From assembly GCF_009834535.1 (NCBI RefSeq), contig NC_045697.1, positions 53,384,001 to 53,448,000 of the forward strand: a DNA stretch of 64,000 nt. Direction: 5' to 3'. This stretch comes from Camelus ferus (taxonomy: Eukaryota). How positions within the stretch are numbered: position 1 is the stretch's first letter; every line of letters starts with the position of its first letter. Below, in pieces: positions 48,423 through 61,095 of this stretch. The translations under genes were made by a program, and so were the position numbers. The notes under the pieces are model-generated. The model did no database searches, had not been told where the DNA came from, and saw nothing but the letters and a program-made list of their open reading frames with translations.

Positions 48423-48647
48423 TTCAAAATTTGTAGATACTGACAGGCATATGCAGAATAGATGAACAAGATTGTATTGTATAGCACAGGGAAATAGATA
48501 CAAGGTCTTGTCGTAGCTCACAGCGAAAAAAAAATGTGACAATGAATATATGTAATCTCATGTATAACTGAAAATTTGTGCTCTACATTGAAATTTGACA
48601 CAACATTGTAAAATGACTGTAACTCAATAAAAAATGTTAAAAAAAAA
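48423..48647 (+). mobile_element. 5'-truncated relatively young L1 with A-tail and TSD
   Basis: L1 3' end ...ctcaataaaaaatgtt(A)n flanked by agtaggaggcatag / agtaggagtcatag. Confidence 0.85.
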
Positions 48648-50070
48648 AGTAGGAGTCATAGGGAAGAAGGAGAAGGAGGGAGATAGGGATGATGGGAAGA
48701 TAAACGGAGCATCTGGCTTACTCGGCACACGTTATAATATCTGAGATGACCAACTGATGTCACAAAGGCTGAATACTTTATTTGGTCTGAAACATTTAAA
48801 TAATTTATTTATAATTTGGTAATTCTAGCTTCTCTTAATAAATCAGATAACTTGATAGCACTGGGCTGTGTTCCCATAGGCAAGTGTTGAGTTATGAATA
48901 CCTGCTTTATACATAGTATGGACTTTCATTTAACACGATTACCACCAAACCCTTTTAATTTACATCTGAACTGATCCATTCATTTCTTTTGCTATTAACT
49001 GCATGACTTCATAGGAATTTGTGTCTGGACAAAATCCATTTGCTGAAGTGCCATTTGTCCATTTATTCAACAATACTGGTGAATAATCTACTGTGTGCAA
49101 AATAGTATACTAGCTGATACAGATTATGCAAAGATACTTTACAATGTGCTCCTTGGCTTTAGGGAGACTAGAGTGTAGAAAGGGAGATAAATGAGCACAG
49201 TACCAGCTGTAATAAAAGCAGAAAATGATAAGCATTCCAAGAAATGTTATCATTCTATAGAATAGAGAGAATATAATTCCAGTTAAGATATCAAGGAAAG
49301 ACTGATGGACAGGGTAGAGTCAGAACAAGTACCTGGTTGAGAGTTTGATGGGCATGTAGATATGTATTTATGGAATTATGTTCAGGAGGTGAATTTTATT
49401 ATCTCTAATTAAAACTGTCCATATTAGGCATTAGATTCAAATTATCTAGATTTACATATGTATGTATATATTTGTATATAAATGTGTGTATATATGCATG
49501 TGTGTGTGTCATATTTATGACATATTTGTATGGTCTATAGAGACATAGAGATTATATTGATATTAATCACTTGTCCTTGTACATAAATTCCATCAAAATT
49601 TTTATTAGGAAAATGTTCAAGATTTTTAATAATTACATTGTACCATCTTCCATGCACCTAAAAAAACAGCATTAGACTTTTTAAATTTTAATAATAGTTA
49701 ATGTTTATTGAATGATTATAAAGTTTTAAGAACTTTACATAAATTATGCCTTTTAATCTTTACAAACACCCTATGAAATTATATCTCATTTACACATATG
49801 GATTCTGAGTTTAAGAGCAGTTAAACAGTTTGCCTGTGGTAAGATGATAAGTGACAGAGCCAAGATCTGAACCCCGACAGGCAGCCTCAGAGCTGACACT
49901 ACACTGATATACAATAATTATATTTGCAATGCAATTTATTTTATCGATGGGAAAAAGGAAACATTCAAGCACAGGATCATCACAACTTGACTAGTCAAAG
50001 ACACACATACTTTTCTCATCTGATTTCTTGAGCATTCTTCCTAGAAATGAGTAACACTCCTGGCTCCCAT

Positions 50071-50073
<3 letters not shown>

Positions 50074-50105
<32 letters not shown>
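50074..50105. repeat. (CA)n microsatellite
   Basis: Directly visible. Confidence 0.95.
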
Positions 50106-50106
<1 letters not shown>

Positions 50107-50889
50107 CCCCTGCTGAATTCTCTGGTGACTGTGCTGAAAAAACATAATAGAGTTTGAAATGTTCTGGGATTTATCCTGTCAAACGTTAAATTATTTACTT
50201 GCAATAAGAGGAATTACATCTTAATACAACATAATGATGTGGTAAATGAATGGGAATTTAAGAAGGAAAATTATCAATGAAAGCAAAACTGTAACCTTTA
50301 TAATATTATTCTTAACAATGAATGTCACCAGTAACCAAGGGTCTAGGCCAAAGTGTCATCTTAGATTTGTCACTTTTCAGTAACCTCTACAATCAATTAC
50401 ATACAAGTTCCACCAAATCTACCCTTTTAGTCTCTCACAAGTCAACTTCCTCCCTCCTCCTCCCAATGTAATCTTCACACAATCTCCATCCTTCTCCATT
50501 TGCTGGAACAACCTGATTGGACTTGACTTTTCCACACTGCATCTTCAGAGATATTGCTAATCTTATATATGAAAATGTTGCTCCCCTGGCTAAAACTTTA
50601 AACTTTCCATAACCTCTACGTCTAGTTAAGTGCCTCTCCTCTGTATTCTAAGCCCCTACTTCCTATCTTATCACAACACTTAGCTCACCATATTGGTCAT
50701 TTACTTATTTTTTCCAGGAATGTAAGTTCCTGAAAGGGAGGAAGTGTGCATTGCCTAACATAATTAGTGGCAAATAATTACTGACTGAATACATGAATAA
50801 GAGATACAAATTAAAGAATATAACATCTAAATATCACTTCAAATGCTTTAAAAGAGATAAGAAAATATGTATACTTTGACCCTAGATCA

Positions 50890-51148
50890 ATTTGCCCCTG
50901 GGAAACACAAGTTTGTTTTCTATATCTGTGATTCTGTTTCTTTTTTGTAAATAAGTCCATTTGTTTCTCTCTCTCTCTCTCTTTTAGATTCTACATATAA
51001 GTGATATCATATTGTATTTGCCTTTCTCTCTCTGGCTCACTGCACTTAGTATGACAATCTTCAGTTCCATCCATGTTGCTGCAAGTGGCATTATTTTATT
51101 TTTTTTTTAGGCTGAGTAGTATTTCACTGTATATGTACCACATCTTCC
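50890..51148 (-). mobile_element. L1 3' fragment, antisense
   Basis: gtttgttttctatatctgtg...gattctacatataagtgatatcat...ccatccatgttgctgcaagtggc...accacatcttc. Confidence 0.85.
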
Positions 51149-52084
51149 TCGCATCATAAACTTAATCACTGAGGGCTCTGACCTCTTTCTCAAAATCCTC
51201 TTCTTGCTTCCAAGTTCTATCAAGAGATAGTTCAACGTTTTTACATGGTTCATCCAAAGTCCTAGGCATTGATTTTCTATGGTGGTCCTATTGGCATTAT
51301 GAAAGGACTTTTAATTTAATTTAATTTAATTTTACTTGAGTCTGTTTCATGTATTTCAGGATATTGGGGATTCTTGACTTGCCCCTAAATACAAGTAGCA
51401 ACCCCTCCCCATTCTTGTAAATAATCAAAACCAGTTCTACAAGTTACTTCCTGCTCCTCAAATGGGGAGAGTTAAGAGCTTCATCCAATCTAGTCAAGAG
51501 TCACTACTTCAATCCACCCACCTCCTTGTTCCCATTTCAACTTCACTTCTACAGCCTATCTGTAAGGTTTACCTCAGTGTTGATTAATTACCTAGAATTC
51601 CTTCATTTCTAAAAAGCTAAATTTGAATATATTCAGTTTTTGTCTCAGTGTCCTAAGCTTCTATTAGCTATCTTATTTGGCTATTTCTACAACTATAGTT
51701 GTACTTTAAGGGACATCTGCTTCAAAAACACCAATATTTTTCCTTATTTCTATTAACTTCTTTCCAAATGACTTAGAATCCATGGTCCATTCAGCCATTC
51801 TATTGCCAACATTTTGAACTTCCTAGCTCCACTATCCTTTCAAGCCAAATTGTTAATATCCCAGTTCTCAATCTGCACTGTCCAAAAGAAGCCCCTAGCC
51901 ACATGTGGTTATTTAAAAATTAAATTTTAAGTAAGTAAAATGAAGTGCTATTAAAAATGTAGTTCCTCTGTTGCTCTAGCCACATTTTTTTTTCTAAAGA
52001 CACCTGTGTCATATGACCCACACAGGCTTGTCTCTTAAGCTTCGTATCTATCTATGAAATGTACAATCTACTTCTCTGCCTACA

Positions 52085-53830
52085 CCAACTCATTCAAGAA
52101 GTAAGAATTATGTGTGTTCACCATTTGCCAACCACAGACTAGGTTCTGGAAACCCAAAGATGAATTAAAATCAGACCTAGTCTTGTCTTCACGAAACCTG
52201 AAGCTTGGTGAATCAGGAGACACTAGCGTAATTGCGCACACATATGCAAAAGTGTAACTTTGACAAATACAACAATGGAGAGGCACGCAGTGTGTGGGGG
52301 CCTGTGAAGGAGGTGTTTGATGTAGACAGGTCAGTAAAAGCTGTTTGCCCAAGAGCTGGTTTGGAAAGCCACAGTCAATGGAATGAGAAAGAGTTGAAAT
52401 GGGTATTGGAGAAAATTTCTAGTGAAAAATAGAATGAATATTCAGAGCCTTTCAAAAGAGGATCAAGATGCAATTGCAGGACAAAAGGACCCAGTGTTTG
52501 TTGGAGTGGAGGAGAATGAATGGGGGGATGGGCAGGGGAAAGGTGATACGTGATACTGGAAAGGTAGGAGCCAGGTCATTTGGGGATTTGTAGGCCAATT
52601 AAGGATTTGTTCTTAATTCTGAGAACAGCAGGAAACTATTGAAAGGTTTTAAGTAGTAGGAATAGTGGGAGGTGACAAGATCAGATTTATGTACTAAAAA
52701 GCTCATGCTGGCTTCAGAGTGCAGAGCAGATTGCAGTAGGGGAAGAGAGAAAGAGGGGAGACCGGCTCAGAGCCTCTGAGGTCATACAAATAAGAGATGA
52801 TAGTGTTTAAATAAGAGGGTTGGTGGCGACGAAAAAAACTGGACAGATTAAGAGACTTTAGAAAGGAATTTATGTATTGAGCTTTGTGATAATTTGGATA
52901 TAGAGGGTAAGGGAAATAACACATGTGTGAATGTTAGTGCCTTTCACTGAGATGAAGAACCCTAAGGAGAAAGTCAGAAAACTCAGCTGCAGTACATCTA
53001 AAAGGAACACGTTACCTTCTGCCTGAGCCTAGCTCTTGTCTCCCTAGATCATTCCTTCGATGACTTAGTCCAGCTACCTGCATACCATCCTCAACTGCTC
53101 TATGTCTTTTCCCGGCAGCCAGTGTAGCATTAAATGTTTTTCAGTCCACTCACCAAATGTCCCATTTCTAGGTAAGCCACCATCAGCTTACTGGAACAGT
53201 CTAGCCACTTCACCCCCTCTCTGCCTCTGATGCTGTTCCTGTCCAACCTGTGCTTCACACTTCAGTCCAAGCTATCTCTCAAAAATTCAAAGCTAATCTT
53301 AATATCTGTCTTATTGAAACCCTTTTTTCCCTTGGCTTCTCATTGCTTATATGATCATAGTCAGTAACCTAAACTCACCACTAAATCCCTGCAAGATATG
53401 AGCATTGCTGACTCCTTTGGCCTCACCTCTCGCCACCTCCCTCCCCATCCTTTGCTCAAGGATAAAGCCCCAACAGACTTTGCTTGGCTTCAAGAATGCG
53501 TGAGGCTCTTATTCTTCCAGTCCTCTGCATGTGATTTCCTTCACCTGGAATGTTCTCATTTCGTACTGCTCCACTCCACCCTTCTCTTCCTGGGCTACCC
53601 CTGCCTCAGCACCTCTTCTCTACTGTTTGTTAGGTGATCCTGCTCTGAGGACTTCTGGACGGTGTTTAATTTTCATGTGATCTGCCTTGTATTTTCTCAG
53701 CACCATATTTTAGTTGCCTATTTATATTCTTGTCTTCCCTCTTGACTATGAATTCATTGAGGGCAAGGATAGACATTGTTGTGTAATCAGCAACTTGCAG
53801 TACTGGCAATATGCTTGGCCATAAATTGAT
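52085..53830. mobile_element. L2 fragments in both orientations
   Basis: Typical L2 3' sequence (gtaggccaattaaggattt, gaaactattgaaaggttttaag, tcacctggaatgttct, ttgagggcaaggat); boundaries approximate. Confidence 0.6.
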
Positions 53831-54293
53831 CGTTTTTAATTGATTTGAAATTGAATTAGCTATTCATCCCTAATCCCAGAGCCTTGACATAAACACAAAG
53901 GAACTAACAAGGACATACAGGTAGATAACAAATTTATTTGTGCATTTTGATGTCGAGTACCTAATGGTTTTAAATGTCTAGGACCTGATCCACTGATGGT
54001 AGAAATGTCTAGACAAATGAAGTTAGTTATGCTATTTTTCAACAAAGATAAAATAATTTATATGATAAATTCATGTATTCATTGTAGAACTTGTAACTAA
54101 TGTATTTTGCTGTAATCTTTAAATGATCAACAGGTTCTCTTTCAGGAAATTTTTAAAAAAATGTATTTGACATTATTTCAATCCAGGTACAGAGTCCTAA
54201 CCTGCCTAACTAAAGAAAGATAATTTATTGAAGGATCTATCTAGTTTTTCTCTTTTATTTTGCAGCGTCATCTGAGCATATTATGTAGCTCTT

Positions 54294-54312
54294 TGATGCC
54301 ACCTAGTGATCA
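54294..54312 (-). promoter_or_regulatory. CTCF core motif TGATCACTAGGTGGCATCA
   Basis: Close match to CCACNAGGTGGCRS in apparently non-repetitive DNA. Confidence 0.6.
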
Positions 54313-54420
54313 AAGGTGACAGTTTTTCCTGAAAAGAAAGGGATTGAAATTAAAATGGATCTATTGTCTCTTCTCAAACCTATGGGGTAGAGAGGGAATT
54401 AAGTCTCCCCTGGTTGTTCG

Positions 54421-54421
<1 letters not shown>

Positions 54422-54452
<31 letters not shown>

Positions 54453-54460
54453 AGAAGAAG
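54422..54460. repeat. (GA)14(GAA)n purine tract
   Basis: Directly visible. Confidence 0.9.
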
Positions 54461-55394
54461 GAAGAGAGGGAGAAGGGGAGAAGTCAGAGGGGGAGTAGGG
54501 GAAAGGAGGCTAGGTGGTACTTTGTAATTGTCCCTAGTCCATTCATTAACATCCCTTTGCTACCACGAATCTTCCCCAGACACAAAATTCAAATATTTTC
54601 ATTTGGAATGGTCAGAAAATACCTAACCTAGAAAGCAAAACTTTGAATTTCCTTAAGATTTGAAATACGTCTCACAAAGGTGTTTGGAGTTAAAATAAAT
54701 CTTGAAGTCTAGTTTTCCTTTTAGCTTTCAAAGTTTCTTGTCTGCTCCTTCCTTTAAAAATCCTTAGGTTTTACCTCCTCCTACTGGAGCTGAAAAGAAT
54801 ATCACTTTTAACACCATCAGAAATTAAAAACATGAACAAATAGTCTTTCTTTGAATATTTAATACACCTCTCCTCTAAAACCATTGAACCTGATATTTGT
54901 TTTCTATAAAGTCACAAATTCCCTGATGAATTTTTAAAGTCTATAGTATTATTTAATGCATATTAAATTGTTAAGTTTCTTAATGTGGTAGTATTCCAAA
55001 ATCATTAAATAAATGTAATCAAAACAATGATGTTGATCTCTTTATAGTTATTATTGATTAAATCATATTTGTCAATACTATCTCCATTTTATCCATTTTT
55101 TAAATTTTTTGGCAAAAAAGATGTCTCATCACTTAAATAACTTGTTCTAATTTCCCATATTGTATATATGTGTGATATTTTTATCTTAGTTTATCTCACT
55201 TGGGTTTTCCCAACTTTAATCTTTATTTCAAAGAAAAAACTTGTATGACTGCTTTTCTTTTCTGAGAATTCTTTCATTTTCTACTTTTTTTGTAATATTG
55301 AGTTCTGTATAATTTGAGTTTATTCTGAAATATTATTCTTTTTTCTAACTGTTAAGTTGAATTAACATCCCAGTATTTATTTTAGCAGTGTTTT

Positions 55395-55850
55395 AATTTT
55401 AGAATAGTTTTATATTTACAGAAAAATTGTAAAGTTAGTTGAATTTCCATGTATCTCACACTCAATTTTCTCTATTACATCTTACATTACGATAGTGCAT
55501 TTTGTTACAATGAATTAATTAGTGTTGATATATTAATATTAACTAAAGTCCATACTTGATTCAGATATCCTTAGTTCTTGCTTAATGTCCTTTTTTTGTT
55601 CCAAGATTCTCTGTAAGATACCATGAGAACATTCAGTTCTTATGTCTCCCAGGCTCCTCTTGGCTGTGACAGTTTTTCTTTTTTCATGACCTTCCTTAAT
55701 TATTATTTTGAAAAATAACTGTCCAGTATTTTGTAGAATGTCCCTCAGTTGGGATTTGTCTGATGTTTGTCTCATCATTAGACTGGAGTCATGGGTTTTG
55801 GGGAGGAAGACCGCAGAGGCAGAGTGTCATTTCCGTTTCAGCATATCCAA
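55395..55850 (-). mobile_element. Old L1MC-like 3' fragment
   Basis: tttacagaaaaattg...taactaaagtccatac...ttttgtagaatgtccctcagttgggatttgtctgatg. Confidence 0.7.
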
Positions 55851-56692
55851 TTGTGTGTATCCCTGCTTATGTTAAATGTATTAAAAACGATGTGTGCTTT
55901 GGTTCTCATGCCCTCCTGAGTTTCTGATTCAGTATGACTGGGGTGGACTAGCAACTTTCCAGGTGATGCTGATGCTGCTGGTCTGGGGACCACACTCTAA
56001 GAACCACCACTGCAAAGGAAGAGAATAGGAGTGGTGGGTAGTGACTGGCCCACGAAGGATGGTGACTTTTACTTTTTTATCCAGTGTATCTCAACAAGCC
56101 TGACTTAAACAAACAAACAAGAGAGAATTTTAACACATTATTTAGAAAAGAATTAGCATGGATTTTGGGATGACCATTCTGGCTCTCACCTCCTAGGTGA
56201 AGGATGTTGGCTGCATTCCCTATCACCTTTGTGCTCCTGTTTCTTTATATGCAAAATGTAAATGATAATTTTGCTGACTTCATCATTTTCTGAGGATTAC
56301 CATTGTACTTGGCACATAGTAACACTCAATCTAGGTTAGATATTAATGTAATACAGTGGTACACTTTTATAAAAAGGAAAAAATTAGTTTTGGGAATTTC
56401 CTAGTAAACCCCCCAAACAGAATAAATTTGATTCCTTTTTTTCAAGGTCAACCAGGGTTAGTGAAATGACAGATCAGAGTATTAACAATGGCTCTATTGT
56501 TAATAGAATGAGATGTGAAAAAATGTAAATAAGATTCTATTTATAACTAAGTTGTGTTTATGGAATTGAATATGCCTGAAATTGCAAACGGTTTTACTTA
56601 AACCTGTTCTTTACTGAGCAATATAATGTTTATACATGATGTAAACATTCACAAATAACTTCAGCTGTGACATTGATGGAAAATATATCCTC

Positions 56693-56780
56693 TTTTTTTT
56701 CAGTGGAGGGACTGGGGATTGAACCCAGGACATCGTGCACACTAAGCATGTGCTCTACCACTGAGCTCTACCCTCCCCCC
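56693..56780 (-). mobile_element. tRNA-derived SINE (camelid type) with A-tail
   Basis: GGGGGAGGGTAGAGCTCAGTGGTAGAGCAC...GTCCTGGGTTCAATCCCCAG...(A)n; A and B boxes present, cloverleaf degenerate. Confidence 0.85.
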
Positions 56781-58072
56781 TGAAAACTGTATTCTGATCA
56801 TGCCTCAAATGGATGGATATTATGGCCCAATTATTTCTTCTCCTTAAGTTATCAGCTAATATGATCTTTGGAATGAGTTAGACCAGCAAGTCTCAAATTT
56901 AACATGCTTCAGAATCATCTAGAGAGCTAATTAATATACAGATTATGGACTCCAATTTCAGAGTTTATGATTCAGGGGATTTGAGGTACGGTCCAACAAT
57001 CTGTGTTTTTAAAATTTGTAGACGATATAGATGCTGCAGGTCTGGGGTATCACATTGTGAGACCCATATGGTTACAACTCTGTAGGAAGACTCTGTTAGA
57101 AACCCACAGTGTCCTATAATCCTTTACTATTGAAGGGATGTCCTCTAAGGTATGGAGTCTTTGACTAAGATACTGTATTGAAAAGTTGTAAAGACTCATC
57201 TTTCTACTCACCTATTTCCCATCTCCCTCCGGGAGAAAAGCTGCAAGGTAACCATCCTGACCCTGTGTGATGCCATATATACGGTATGTGCTCCTCAGAG
57301 CTAAAGGTAACCACCTCTCTTGCCCAGGGCCTTCTCTCACCATTGCCCCAGTGAAAGCCCTTCATAAAAGGCTGCCAGAGACCCCATCTCCCTTCTCCCT
57401 GAACCTATAGTCACATTACAAATTAGTGAGAGTGAGGCCTTTCTGCCTCCTCCCCCAGATTTCTCTATTCTACCCTGAAATTGGTGCCATAGCCAAAAAT
57501 TGGTGCCAGAGCCATTTCAAATGTCAAGCTGAACATTCAACTTTTTGTGTAAAAGCTGTAACACTCCCCTGAACCTCCCCACTGCCTGAGGTTATGCACA
57601 GACCACTTAGCTTTGTGCCTTTCTCCACTAGACTTTGCAGCTTTGTTTTTCATTATACTAAGCCTAGTTGTACAAAGTTCTCTTTATGCCCTGGTCTGTT
57701 GTTGCCACTGCTCCTTTGTTTACACTGCTTCACTACCTGGGATGCTGTTTCCCCCTCATCCTACATTAATTGGTGAGAGTCTTGGACTCTGATACTTGAC
57801 TCAGAGCTCATCTCCTGCGTAATTTCTAACTCGCCAGATAGAAGTCATCTGACCTTGTGCATAGTTTGACCATAAATCTATACCACTGTGTTTTACTTAC
57901 CTAATTACATGTCTGACTATCTATTCTGAAAGGAATGTGAACACAAGGTCTTAGCTGCAAGGTGGATTTCCTTCGGAAAATATTCACGTTTCTCCAGATT
58001 TATAATCCTGCGACCCTGTGTATCTATACCGATTGACCTTTTACACAACTTTGAGTATGTTGATGTTTTGTT

Positions 58073-58619
58073 TGTTAGGTCGTTAGATAAGTGGGGGCAC
58101 CGGGCAGACAGGTGGAGGAGAGGGAGGATGGTCTGGAATATGGCATTATGTCTACCTCCAGCATAAAGGGACGTTACTTCTAAATAAATGCCAGCAAGAA
58201 ACTGGTTAGAACCTGACATCCATGACTGTGTGGTAGCAGAAAGGACTTAACCAGACACGACCCGATGTTCATCGTATTATAATTAACATTGCAGCTTAGC
58301 CCTCATCCCCGTGGGATTTTCTGTGTACACCATGGGTAAGGACATGTGCGAAGAGGCCAAACGTGACTAAGCATTCCAGGGACAAGAGCCGTCAATCAAT
58401 CAAGAGACCACCCCTGAGCAAGGATGTAAGAGAAAGGGGAGACAAAACCCGCAGCTTTTCCTCCCTTGGGTCAGCCTGCCTCCTGCTCTTAAGGGTGTAC
58501 TTTTCTTTTCTTTTTAAATAAACCTTTAAAAATTTTTCTTTACACAACACACTGTCTCCCAACTGTAAACTTGTCTTTTGGGTATGACAAGGACCGGGGT
58601 CTTTACTTTTTGGATAACA
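58073..58619 (+). mobile_element. ERV1-like solo LTR
   Basis: TGTTA...TAACA inverted termini; AATAAA near 58518; CpG-retaining. Confidence 0.8.
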
Positions 58620-60274
58620 TTTATTTTTCCAGAAATGGCAAAATTGAGGCTGAGCTGGGAACTTTCCTTGACCTTACAGCCTGACCCCTTCAGCAGGCTG
58701 AATTCGAGAATCGCTGACTTGCCCTGTGCTGAGTCACTGCTGCTCTGAAGTTAATCTGCCCGAGGTAAAATTCCGACACATCATTCACCAGGGTTTTAGT
58801 TAAATTCTTCTCCCAGAACCAGTCTGTTGGTTATAATGTTGCACAATGCTCTCCACCCTTTACTCTGATGCCCACAGGGCTCTCTGCTCTGAATTTTCTC
58901 CTTGACTACTCATCTTCAATGCCCTACACCTGTGTCTGTGCTCATGCCACGGACTTATATGATTCTTCTACGCACATTGTTTTTTATTTCACTGTGGGGG
59001 AAAAAACATTTCTGTGAGATGCTACTGTGCTTATGTAGAGAGCAATTAATTTTCTACCTACTCAACATTAGAGGTAGTTTGACTGACCTCTGCTTTTGGA
59101 TCTCACAGAGTCCACACCATGAATTGTAATTTCCCCTTCTGATTCAGATCTATGTCTTAATATGGAAAGAAAGGTTAAATTTACAGAAAACACTTATCAG
59201 CAAGTAGAACGAAGAAAGTCCTTGCAGATATCCTAGTTTGTTTCTAAATATATTTATGAAAGTTTCTTACTGAGATGTGGTAAGATTTGTTTTGTGTTTT
59301 TACTGCTTGTGACTATAATGGCTCTTTCAAAAGGTAACTATTATGTTCCTGTTTATCTTTTCATTTCCTGAGCATTGCATTCTTTCATGTTTATCTTTCC
59401 GGGATACTAATTTGAGTTTTCAAATATCTAGATGTATATTCAGTTTAATCTTAACAATGTCTAACATTTCATGTCTTCTTGACCTTTGCACTAATCTCCC
59501 CCCAAATCTCTCTACTTTATCTTCTAAGTAGTTTATTCTACATTGCGTATTTTATTTTAATCTATTTTTATCTAATCACTAGAGAATTTTTAATGTCAAT
59601 GATCATGTAATCCTTATCTAAAAATAGTAATTCTTTTTCAAAGCAGTCTAAAATGGCTGTAACATCCTAATGAACAATTATGGACATATGAATTATTCAT
59701 CTTTTAAAGTTTTCTTGAGTTTTCTGCATAGACCACTTTCTTCAGGTGTTAATGCTTTTTTTTGTAATTTTGATGCCGCTCTATCATGCTTTTGGATGTT
59801 TATATTAGACTATGATGCACTATATTGCATATCATTAGTCCATAAATTCTATTGAACAGTATTCTGGTGGTAATGTTGTACAATTAACAGCTAGAGAGTG
59901 TGACATGCATCCACTGTGCTTTTCTATAGTGTGTGTAGCTAGCTTCTGTTTGTCAAAGTCAGTGCATTTGCCCCAGTGGTCCTAAGTTACCTGGGTGGCA
60001 CTTCTCCATCTATAATATTTGTTCTAGAAATTTCTGTTGTCAGAACTCCCATTTTAGCTAGCTTCACTCCGAGTTTTTGCCTGGGAGAAAACTTCAATGT
60101 CAGAAGTGGAAAGTCAGAGCAGCTATTCTGCCTCCCACTGATTAAATGGACAGCTGCTCCCACAGGCACTTCCTTCTGCTGGCTTCTGCCAACTCTGGTC
60201 CCGAGGTAATTCTGTTCTACTGAGACAACTCAGTGTCTTTGAAGACTCTGCATCTTTAAAGACTCTTCCTCTCT

Positions 60275-61095
60275 TGGGTTCTGGACCAAGATGGTGGAGT
60301 AAGAAGACCCTGAGTTCACCTCCTCCCACAGACACATTAAAACTACAACTACAAAAAGAATCACTGTCTCTGAGAATGACCCAAAGACTAGCAAAACAGA
60401 TTTTTTTAAAACTAAGGGTATAAAGAAGAGGCCACGTCAAGCCGTGTAGAAGGGGCAGAGATGTAGTTTAGTCAGAACTCACGCTGCCCCCAATGCCGGC
60501 GATATCCCAGCCCATGAAGGGGAGAGATAGCACAACCGTGAGGTCTCCCTTGAGGAAGAACTGCATCAGGAAAATGAGCCACCGTAATGTCTGGCTTTGA
60601 AAACCAACAGGACTTACACCTGGTAGAGCCAAAAGGGCTGTGGAAAACCAGGACTCCACTCTTGAAGGGTTTACACACAAACTCACTCACTCTGAGTCCC
60701 AGTGCAGAGGCACCAGCATGAAAAGTGCATGGGTCATACAAGAAGGAGATTCATTGAATAATTTTAGTGCATGGGCCCGATGGGAAGGGATCTGGTGGAA
60801 TTTTCTCTGAGGATAGAAGAACTAGCAGGTATCATTTTTTAAAACTGTCCTTCCACCTAGTTGTTCTGGCACTTGAGTGTCATTTCTATGACTATCAACC
60901 CAGATAACACCATGTTCCCCAGCCCTGAGGACCCACACTGCCAACTCATCCACTCTGGCCAGTCCCTCCAGACTGGATTCTGCCCCACCCCACCTGGTGG
61001 CCCGCCCTGGCTGGCACAAATGCTCCTCCCCAAAGGCTCCTGCTCCAGAGGGCCAGGCCCACTCTACCTGGCAGGCAGCCTCAGCCAGCACCAGT
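60275..61095 (+). mobile_element. L1 5'UTR fragment without ORF1/ORF2
   Basis: caagatggtggagtaagaagaccctgagttcacctcctcccac start with YY1-type CAAGATGG; GC-rich. Confidence 0.75.

Noticed and set aside
56693..56780. Functional tRNA gene
   Set aside because: Degenerate stems plus an A-rich tail indicate a tRNA-derived SINE.
57478..57514. 19-bp tandem duplication (aaattggtgcca..gcca x2); similar 10-bp duplication at 44487-44508
   Set aside because: Ordinary slippage duplications in non-coding DNA; two copies only, not CRISPR-like.
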